DNA of 63,845 bases, the filler included, from Intoshia linei (taxonomy: Eukaryota; Animalia; Orthonectida), in NCBI GenBank assembly GCA_001642005.1. It is 5 parts of 5 records of this genome, joined end to end, with 100 filler letters (N's around TTAATTAATTAA, not from the genome) between each part and the next. Parts side by side here need not be neighbours in the genome. Positions count along the whole stretch, not along the records: positions 1 to 30,932 come from LWCA01000366.1; positions 31,033 to 47,786 come from LWCA01000846.1; 3 more parts are not named here. One strand, given 5' to 3'. This document shows, piece by piece, positions 26,001-35,537 of this stretch. The translations under genes were made by a program, and so were the position numbers. Every line of letters starts with the position of its first letter. Position 1 is the first letter of the stretch. The notes beneath the pieces are model-generated. The model was not told the origin of the DNA. It saw nothing but the letters and a program-made list of their open reading frames with translations, and made no database searches.

Positions 26001-27702
26001 ATTTGGACCTTCTGTATCATTTTAAATATACATTTAAGAGTATATTTGATAATTAGACCCAAAACGTGAAAGCGGCAGCTTGATATGACTATAACCACTC
26101 TACCAGTTCAACATCACAAGTGAGTTATATCAAAAGTATATATTCGAATTTCGATTAGTACAATAGTTATATATTACAACAATACTAATAAAGAGTAATA
26201 CATTATTAACATTATAGCACATTAAGATTTAGATTAATAATATATTATTATTAATAATAAATAGTGTAATAAAGTATAGTTCACATTTTTGAAAATAAAA
26301 ATATCATAAATGTTTTTAATTTCAGGCGGAATTAATTTCAATTAAATGAATTAATTTTCACATATTCGTGATTAGTGCATAAAAACACACATATATGCAA
26401 ATATACTTTTCGATCTTTAAAAAAGTAAACACCCTAATATACAGATATATGTTTAATATACAATTTGTGATGCCCATTATGCCTCAATAATTAGGGATCA
26501 CATTATTTTCAAAATTCTTTTTTTAGTATAACATATATGTTATTTTAGTTGGTATCAATTAAATTAATATGTCAAAATAACTTTTCTATAATTAAAAAAT
26601 TTATACAAAAATACATTAGGAAGTAAAGATTAATTAAAAAATTCTTAAAATTAATATATGGTCCAATTAATGGACATATATATTTTGATAATAAATAATG
26701 TAATATTTAAAATTCATAGAAAGTAATTTAATATATTCTTAAAGCTTTTATTGTAAATAGTATCTAAATATTTGATGTTAACCTTATTGACTAATAGCTG
26801 GTAACTTGATCATTACGATAATTATTAATACGTTTATTATTAAAAATAATATTGATATTTTAATATTTATAGGACGTATACATTTATAATTAAAAAATTG
26901 AATTAATATTAACACGTATATAAGTATATGTATATAATGCATAATATACATCTATATATTTTTATGTATGATAATGATATGATATATTAGATTGTAATTT
27001 ATTTTTCAGATTTTTTTACTACTTATAAACTTACTTATATTATTTATAATATTATAATATAATTATATTGTAGCTGGAAGTAAAACTTTTTAGATTTGAT
27101 ATCAATTATGAGCCGATCTGTCTTTATTTATTCAATTTTTAAAATGTTATTTTAATTGTATTGTTAGGTTCGGAATGTAAATTATATACTTTACATATTA
27201 AATATTTTAGTTATTAATATCATTAATATTTCTTTTGTAATTTTACTATGTTTTATTAATTTTTAATAAATTTTGATATTTAGACTAGACCAAAGTTTAC
27301 TTATTTATGCTAAAAAATTTTATTAATAAATATATTATTATTAGAGTTACGTACATTTGTTTCTATTTTTTATTAAGGTTGTCAATTGATATAACATTAT
27401 ACGAGCGATAATATGCATATATTCATATAGATATAGATATATATAGGATATAAATATATATATGTTACAGGCAATTTGAAAATTGCCTGGTTTGCGAAAT
27501 TGCACGGGTAACGGCCCTGCACCCGACCTATATCCACTACTGGTCTGAACATTTTGTCGTGCACTGTAAATAAATAAAAAGTTAGTTAGAATTACACAAC
27601 GTTTGTCAATATTTACAGTTTCATAAACATTTTTTTCATTTCTTAATACTACCAATAGGCATATTCAATTTTATAGGTGATAATTATAAATGTATATTTT
27701 AG
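14095..27702 (+). CDS. Predicted micro-exon gene encoding a ~75-aa secreted peptide (signal exon, ~31 micro-exons of 3-12 nt, terminal exon)
   Basis: Exon 1 14095-14161 = MKIFISILIVFVILCLNFETTQ+G|gtatt. It is followed by a run of AG|3n|GT units on the same strand and a terminal exon 27677-27702 ending TAG. The concatenation is an open frame (see findings). Confidence 0.72.
14945..15404. mobile_element. Foldback-like MITE with long imperfect TIRs and ~7 internal ~31-bp tandem repeats
   Basis: TAGAATGTGTAAAAC...TTTTGGGTTTTAGAAA is inverted as TTTCTAAAACCCAAAA...GTTTTACACATTCTA. The core unit TTTTTGAACCAAACTTTGAAGAGAGGTTTTTAAG repeats at 15075-15300. Confidence 0.7.
15604..16238 (+). mobile_element. 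Buster/Charlie-type hAT, non-autonomous
   Basis: TIR CAGTGTTTCCCAACC / GGTTGGGAAACACTG, TSD CTCTAATT/CTATAGTT (6/8). Remnant FPSSYLAECGFSAVLDLLTK...PNINKLCQNRQAQSS. Confidence 0.85.
18900..19545 (+). mobile_element. Possible decayed non-LTR retroelement fragment
   Basis: Locally higher GC and a broken GGFG..PLLLLPLLVPKLQ reading that resembles the post-RT GGLG motif. Weak support. Confidence 0.25.
20668..21857. mobile_element. hAT-type non-autonomous DNA transposon (CAGGGTTGCCAAC family)
   Basis: TIR CAGGGTTGCCAAC / GTTGGCAACCCTG and perfect 8-bp TSD AATAACAG. A short sister copy lies at 43042-43386. Confidence 0.9.
22154..22439. mobile_element. Small hAT-like MITE
   Basis: CAGGGTCCTCACC ... 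GGTGGGATCCCTG, flanked by GATGAGAT/GATTAGAT with a one-base offset. Confidence 0.5.
23850..24270. repeat. Degenerate ~30-bp tandem repeat (TTTTACCAACCCTTA core)
   Basis: Recurrent ATTTTACCAACCC/TTTTCCAAA units. Similar arrays at ~7150-7340 (reverse) and ~42520-42630. Confidence 0.6.
24541..25002 (+). mobile_element. hAT (Tip100/Blackjack-like) deletion derivative
   Basis: CAGTAGCGGAACT / AGATCCGCCACTA, TSD ATGGAGCG/ATGGATCC (6/8). Remnant LSDLKLFIIKRELAENVNFDAV. Confidence 0.65.
25203..26436 (-). mobile_element. hATm-like DNA transposon with decayed transposase
   Basis: TIR TAGGGTGTCCACTTTT / AAAAGTAAACACCCTA and perfect 8-bp TSD ATATACAG. Minus-strand remnant ...TNKISERALVQMEI... Confidence 0.88.
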
Positions 27703-28829
27703 TTATATATTTCTACAAACTGTTGTTGTTGTATGAAATGTGTAAAAATATCTTGATGCCCCAAATATAAAAATACTCATTGGTAAAATAGTACTTTTAA
27801 GATAATTTATTTCCATTTTTTTCTAATTTCCAATTTTTTTAACCATATGCATTGATGGAAGCTATGATATCATGCCTACGTGTTGTATGTTAAATTTTTG
27901 AGGATCTATCGCGCATACTCGTGCACTGGATAATATCAATAAATTATGATATCGCAAAAGTCTGTGCGATATATAATATCGATGAATTTGAAATCATAAA
28001 AGCCTGTGGTGACTAAATCTCATTTCGAAATAACGAATATTCCTCAATAAGTTAACATTTAAAATTTGTTAGCATTTCTATATTTTCCAGCTACTATATA
28101 TAAATTATATAACACATATATGGATAATAATCTCTACATTTGTACAAAAAATTTTTTTAGTATATGGAACATACATTTTTATATGTTTAATATGTCTCAT
28201 TGAGAAATGGTCAAAAATTGAATAACCTATTGAAACTATGACGCATTTATTTATGAAATTAGTTTTTAGACTTTGAAATTACACGATTCACATAGCAGTA
28301 CCAGAAAAGGCTCCACAGAGCAGTTCTATAACAAAGACTATAATAACATAAATGTCAAAGTGTATTTGAATCAAACATTATTTTGTTTCTTTTTTTTACA
28401 TAAAATTTAACAAAAGCTAATAATTAAAAAAGGTAAAAATCAAAAATTTATTATGTTGAAATAAAAATAAACTAGCTACAGATAAAAAAACAAATAAAAA
28501 GGTGGTATAATTATTCAAATTGAATATTTGACACACATACGCGCTTTTTATTATGCATTTATTATGTAAACGCTATAAACCTTCATATACAAATATTTAT
28601 TTTACAAGTTTAAACAACACATTGCATCATAGTAATTTGAACATGTTTAGCATAGAGCTACTAAATCACCTAACTAAACTTGCGGCCCGCCACGTATTCT
28701 AGTTTGACATGCTGATTGGTTTTCACCACTTCTTTCAATACTATCATAGGGTTCCACAGCGAAAAAGGGTTGATAATGTCTGTTTACATGGTAAAATGCA
28801 TCAAAAAAATGAAATTCAAAAAAAATTTT

Positions 28830-29705
28830 TAAGAAGCGTTAAAAATGCTCATAAAAAACCACAATTGTCCTATATTTTTAAATTTAAACCCGTTCTAGAA
28901 TTATAAAAAATATACATTCAAATAAAAAGTTTTAAATTCATTAATATTATGATAATTTGCAATTTTAAATTATAATATCTTCACGGTCAAAAACCCAGAT
29001 TACTCTTTTTTTAAAAATGAAAACATTTTTAGAATTTTAAAAAGAATTACAGATAATAGCTATATCCAGTTAACACACACAAAAAATGTCAATATGATAA
29101 AGTAACGCCTTCATTATCAACAATTTAAAATAATTAACGGTCCATAATCAAAAAAAATATAGATTATTCTGATAGAGCTCATTCCAGTTAATATAATTAC
29201 AAAATTTCAAACCCAGAAATCTACCCAGCATTTCCGGTGAAAAATAATTTTTAATATATTTTCAACCGTTATTTTTCAAATATTTGCATTTAAATAAAAA
29301 TTGAAAATGACATAATAGGTTTTTATAATTTTATTTATTCTGGAATTTATTCTTTTTATGAAAATTTTTAGGATTGGACTGTTTTTACTTCATTTTTAAT
29401 ATTATACACACATTCTGTTTAATAAATTAAAAATATGGGATAACAATTGTTAATAAAATTCTTTACGCAAATGTTAACAAACAAAAAATTAAGATGGAAT
29501 AATTCCCTTGAAAGTAAAAAGTAATGTGATATGATGGTTCCACCTGAAAAAAATTTGGGAATCACTCCTTTAAAGGATTTGTAATAGTGAATAGTAGGAT
29601 TTTTAAGTTAAATTTTAACGTGAATTTATTTTTTTGATAGAATAAAAATGTGCCCTCGGCAGAGCTAGGTCCTGTTTGTACTTAGTACATGACAGTCAAC
29701 CAAGT
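28830..29705 (+). mobile_element. Helitron-like family copy
   Basis: 3' end GTGCCCTCGGCAGAGCTAGGTCCTGTTTGTACTTAGTACA...CAAGT with shared internal sequence. Confidence 0.65.
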
Positions 29706-29907
29706 TTTATATAAAATCGCATACATCAAAATAAATTCAACCTGTATAAATAGTGCAATATTACGTATGAATTTATCAACGCTAACATTTAATAATTTTT
29801 AAAAAAATTGACACGATATTTACATTTATATTTGTTTATAAACCATTGTTTACTTTAAAATAATATTCATTTTAGAAATTTGTAGTTAACTGTTGTAACA
29901 CTTGAAA

Positions 29908-30285
29908 ATGATCAAATTTTTATTCTATAGTCTTATTGTCATTAATATATATGGTCAAGTTAGATGCCAATGTAATATTATGAAGTTGTATAATAAAAAT
30001 GAATGTATAGTGTGTTTACCAGACTTATCAATAGCCAGTTGTCAGATGACAGTTATAACATTTACGACACTTAGTATATATGTTGTAATATATATTGTAA
30101 TATTCAACGTATATTATATTTATGACATACTATATTTCCCAGTTAAATGCAACGTGAAATTTGATATCGAAAAGGATACCGTTTGGATAGGTTTTGAGAT
30201 GTTGAACGGGAAAAATTACACAATTATTCAAAATGAAGATTTCAAAAATGCAAAAATGATGATTATGTCAAAATCAATGACATAA
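29908..30285 (+). CDS. Small secreted Cys-containing orphan protein (probable in-frame intron 30074-30142)
   Basis: Signal-like MIKFLFYSLIVINIYGQVRC followed by several Cys. Removing the 69-nt GT-AG segment leaves ...TTLIKCNVKFDIEKDTVWIGFEM... Confidence 0.5.
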   Translation: MIKFLFYSLIVINIYGQVRCQCNIMKLYNKNECIVCLPDLSIASCQMTVITFTTLSIYVVIYIVIFNVYYIYDILYFPVKCNVKFDIEKDTVWIGFEMLNGKNYTIIQNEDFKNAKMMIMSKSMT

Positions 30286-31880
30286 TATATTTTATTAATT
30301 ATAACATTAATCTATTTTTATTTTTCATATTTGGACACTTGTACCATTTGCACATTCGTAGTTAAAGAATATTTTACGTTTTCACCATCATACCGACCAA
30401 AAATTGTAATGTTCAAATAACCCTTATACTTTATATTGGATAAAATGGTTGAAAACTAAATAATATCGTTTTTACTCGACTGTACTCGGCCAACTTAATT
30501 TAACTGTTGACAACTCTACTTTAGTAATACAGTAATCTTATTTGATACAATATTTGAAATTAAAATTTTTTTGAGTTACTGTCAAATTTAAATATATAAG
30601 ATAAAAATAATAAATATTATAATATATAATATTTATTTTTTTATTCAACAATTTACTTTAGAGCAGTGGTTCTTAACCTTTTTTGACCTATGCACCTTAA
30701 ATATTGATCTTGATGACTGTGCACTAGGGTGTCACACCCATCAAAGAATTAATGGCGGTTAGTGCGGAAATGGTGTATTATCATGATATATAAAATAAGA
30801 CTTATACTTTTTTGACATTGTGGGCATTTAGCAATGTAGTTTGCTATGTCTTCCTAATTTTAAAGTAATTTTTCTATTTGGGGACCAAAGTAAATAATAG
30901 GGCCCATAAAAAATTTTATATATATTTTAATANNNNNNNNNNNNNNNNNNNNNNNNNNNNNNNNNNNNNNNNNNNNTTAATTAATTAANNNNNNNNNNNN
31001 NNNNNNNNNNNNNNNNNNNNNNNNNNNNNNNNTAATAATAAAAAATACACTCTACAGCTGTATAATAATGTATAAACAGTTTATAAATATTAGATATATA
31101 TAAGTTTACTAAACATTATCTAGTGGAATTTTTCTTAAACTCTTAATATCGTAGAATTTTGAAAACAAAAATTTAAAAATAATTTTTCCAGTCAGTGTTT
31201 TATCAAAAATTTAATTATCAGAAAGTGCATCTGCATTGTCAAAAACTGAAATAACCATTTTATTGATCACATTTTGCAAATTATTACTGAAAAAATGTTG
31301 AATAATTCAAATTTCTAGAATTTAAAAAAATATTATTCCAACACAGTATTCTTCATTATAGCAAGTAGTGAAAAATTAAAATTAATAATTTTAAATATTA
31401 GTGACAGAGCCGAATCTACAATATGGATACACTCTTGGGCCTCGATGAAATTTTGACCATACAATGTATATTATACATCTAGAACAATAAGGTCTACACT
31501 ATATATTAAAGATTAACTATATAATTAATCAAATAAAATTACATTTTTTCACAATTTCTAAAATAAATTAAAGCTATTATTACATGCATTTACTTCCATA
31601 ACTTGCAAAAATCAAACATACACTCAACAAAATAATAAAAATGTTCATTTTCGATGAATATAAAACAAACTGTATAAAAATGATTAGATTTTTCAATGTT
31701 TATTTAAATGTCCAATGTAATATACGTTTATTTCTTTATCAATTCTAACTTTATATTTTTTTAACCGTAGAGATTATATTTCACATTTTCAATTACGTAT
31801 CATTACACTGGACAACACTCATAAAACATTTTAATTTTGTGGTGTCATATCTAAGCTATTAAAGTTTTAATTATAATCAA

Positions 31881-32275
31881 CTGGCTTGACTGTTATGTAC
31901 TACGTACAAACAGCACCTAGCTCTGCCGAAAGCACTCTTTTATTATACTAAAAAAATAAATTTATGTTAAAAATCCTACTATTCAATATTATCAATCCTT
32001 TAAAGAAATGGTTCCCAAATTTGTTTCAGGTGGAACCGTCATATCACATTACTTTTTACTTTAAAGTGAATTATTCCATCTTAATTTTGTTTTGTTAACA
32101 TTTGCGTAAAGAATTTTAAAAACAATTATTATCTCATTTTTTTAATTTATTAGACAGAATGTGTGTATAATATTATAAATCAAGTAAAAACAGTCCAATC
32201 CTAAAAATTGTCATAAATAGCATAAATTCCATAAAAAATGAAATTATATCAACCCATTTTGTCATTTTCAATGTA
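31881..32275 (-). mobile_element. Helitron-like family copy (3' part)
   Basis: Reverse complement of 29270-29705, including the TGTAC-hairpin terminus. Confidence 0.65.
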
Positions 32276-33399
32276 ATGACATACAAATGTATATTCAGTA
32301 CCAATTTAATAAATACTTAAAAAAACTAATTGTGTATAAATAATTAATTGAATCTTCACTTTATAAATATTTCAGTCGAAATTTACCATTATGTTATCCT
32401 AAATGTAAATCAGAATGAATACAGTATGATGATTAATTAAAAAAACTTAGAAAAACAATTGTTGTCTTACCTATTTCGGATATTATGTTGTTTTTGAGAC
32501 TCATTGAGACGTCTCATCTTCATTATTTTGGACTGTTAGCTACTTAATGTAGTTTTTTTTTTCACCATTTTATGTTAAATTTGTAACAATTATCAATAAA
32601 AAAATAACACTTTTAAGTTAATATAAATTTAATTTTATATTACGTTGCTGTAGTGTCATAAATTAATTAAAATTTACAAAATTTTTTGAAAATGAAAATT
32701 TGAAATTTAAAAATTGCGTAGCAATGAAAAAAATTCCTAAGGATTTTCACCCATATGTTTTTACTGGAATAATACCTAATAATACTGGACCTAATAATAT
32801 ATATTTGTTAAGATATTTTAATTCCTAGAGATATATTATGTTTATAAGCAAGAAATCGCTGAGTAGAAGATTTATCTTCATCAAATAATTTAATTAGTTT
32901 CTTTTTGTCATTAATTGTTAGATCATTTCTTTTTTTTCTTTTATTTGTGTTAATAATAAAAAAATGTAAATATCACGGTAAACGGACGGTAAAATTAAAT
33001 TTGATAATACTTAGATTTTAATGAATAAATACATATAAGTACATAATAATATGTTCATTGTTCAGAAATGACTATGTTAATATTAAATAATCTTTTTTTA
33101 TATGAATCTCTAACGTTTTTAACAAAACAAAATTGTGGTGGTTATATAAAACAGAATCGACTGTAATTTCAAAAAAAGACATGAAATTATATGAACTGAG
33201 TCAAAATATTTTAAATGGTTATACTCAAATATTTTTGCAGTAGTATTGTAAAAAAATAATTTTGTTAATTTTATAATAATTTGTACTAAAATGAATTTAA
33301 AAAAGATAAAATTTAATTCATCACTTTAGTGAATATTTTATTACCGTAGATATCCTTAATTATACAATATTAAACCATTATTATATTAACCAATATTTA

Positions 33400-33562
33400 G
33401 CCATTAAACCACGTTTATTAGAATATATGTATAAATAATAGTTATAAATAATAAAATTTAATTTAAAGTTAATTAATTGTAGTGATATTAAGTTTATATA
33501 TGTTTCGTTTCTATAGTACTGTGTTGAGCACGAGTAACGTTTTGACCTCAGAGTCGCCACTG
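33400..33562 (+). mobile_element. Solo right end of the hAT element at 49470-51639
   Basis: Near-identical to 51477-51639, ending AGAGTCGCCACTG. Confidence 0.8.
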
Positions 33563-35537
33563 CAACATATATAATATTTAAATGGCTACCTGGTAATTAT
33601 ACGTTAATTTGGTAGAAAATACTTTATTTTAGTAGCTAATACTTTATTTTGGTAGTAAATACTGTGTTCAACTTAGTTTTTTTTTACTCAGTACAGTACA
33701 ACTAAGTACTTTAAAAAAAACTCAGTAAAAAGTACTTTAAAATTTACATTGCATCACAAACAATTACATAATAATGCTTATACAATTGATAATTTATTAT
33801 TATTTATTTATTATAGTAATAAATTATTGATGTACAAATATTGGTGTATATTATTAACTATAAGTAACTATAACTGTAAGTAAATAACCATTTATAATAC
33901 AAGTATAAAAAATTATAGATTTATGAGTCGTCCACGTTTTCCAAAGTTACTCATTAATCTAATAGTAATTATAGTTTTATGTAACTGTCAACTTACTGAT
34001 AATTTTAATATGTATTTTGTTGAATTTTTATTTTAAATATACTTATTCGCATAATAACTAAATTTAGAAATTTTTTAGCAATGTTTTCTTTATTGCATTG
34101 TTAATAGTTCATAATCTCACAAGAAATTCAACGTAATTAAAAAAATTGGCGAAAATAGTAAATTATGAAAATTACTTGTAGTAATCGTTGTTTAGTTTCT
34201 ATTTAAACTTTATTCAAAATATTTTGAAAATCAGAATTTGAAATTTAAAAATCGCGTAGCAATGAAAAAAATTACGAAGGAATGAATTATATAGATTTTC
34301 ACCCATATTTCTTTATTGGAAATGTGTAGAGGTTCAATACACACTTTTTTGAAATTGTAGATTTACATATTCAATTTTTATTTACTATGAAAACTAAAAT
34401 GCTTTTTTGACCGTGAAGGCGTCACTTATTCAGATTGAAATTATAGGGCTGTTTTCAAAAAAAAGGGAAGGGTAATTTGGGGTTTTGGCCCTGAAGATAT
34501 CATTTTTTTAAATTTAAATTTATGATAATGTTTATGATTTTAAAATCCGCATTAGCGTATATATTTTTTTAAATTCCAATCTCCAACTCGATATATACCG
34601 ATATATAACTCATATATATTGTTTTACTACAAATATTACGATTTCAGAAGTAGCTGGAGTTTTGTTAGATCTCCGTTTATAGTATAATCCAGTTTCATCT
34701 CAATTCCATATATCGTCTGGCTTATTTTCAGAAATTTTCTTTTTATATTATTTGAAAAAGAATAATTTGGTACGTTTATTAAGAAATACAGTTAGAAAAA
34801 AGTGATATTTAGAAATACAGCTGTAAAAAATAGAAATTTTGGCCCATATAATACTTGTTATAATTTTAATTAGTTGTAACGAATTTCTGTTCATATTTAC
34901 GTAAGATTTTTCGAATAAACCATTATCACACTGCATTTAACTATTATCATATTGAAAGTAATTGCTATCACATCGGTTGTAATTGTTATCACATTAACAA
35001 TCGTTATTCCATTTTAAATTTAGCTATTATCACATCGGTTGTAATTATATCATATCGATAGTGAAATAATATAGATGCGTCAATGTTATAACTTCTTAAA
35101 AACAATTGAATTTTATGGCAAAAACAATTTATTTTTCAAAATGTTGTTACTACAGAGATGTTTATGAATGTACGAGAAAATTGACCATGAATGGGTCGTA
35201 ATATTGTTAAATTCTGGCGATCCTAGTCCAGACCATAGACTTTAGTCTAAAGTCAACTCTAAGTCTCAAATAGAAGAGTTAAAAAGTGACATATTTTGTC
35301 ATTCACAATTAAAAATATAACTTTTAAATTTTGGAAATAAAGTTAATTTTTGAAAGTTGATTTTACGGGTTTATTCTGTTTATAAGTTCGATATAGCGTT
35401 TAGCAATGATACAACATAATCATCTATTTAGATAATTTAAACCAATTTTTAGTGTCTAATGGGGAAATTTAAATCAAAGAATCATGTACTGTTTAGATTT
35501 GTTTAATTCATCTATTTTGTAGATTTTATACGTTGAC

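Noticed and set aside
30933-31032. TTAATTAATTAA centred in N runs (also 47787-47886, 52493-52592, 62184-62283)
   Set aside because: Identical artificial gap spacer with stops in all six frames; not biological.
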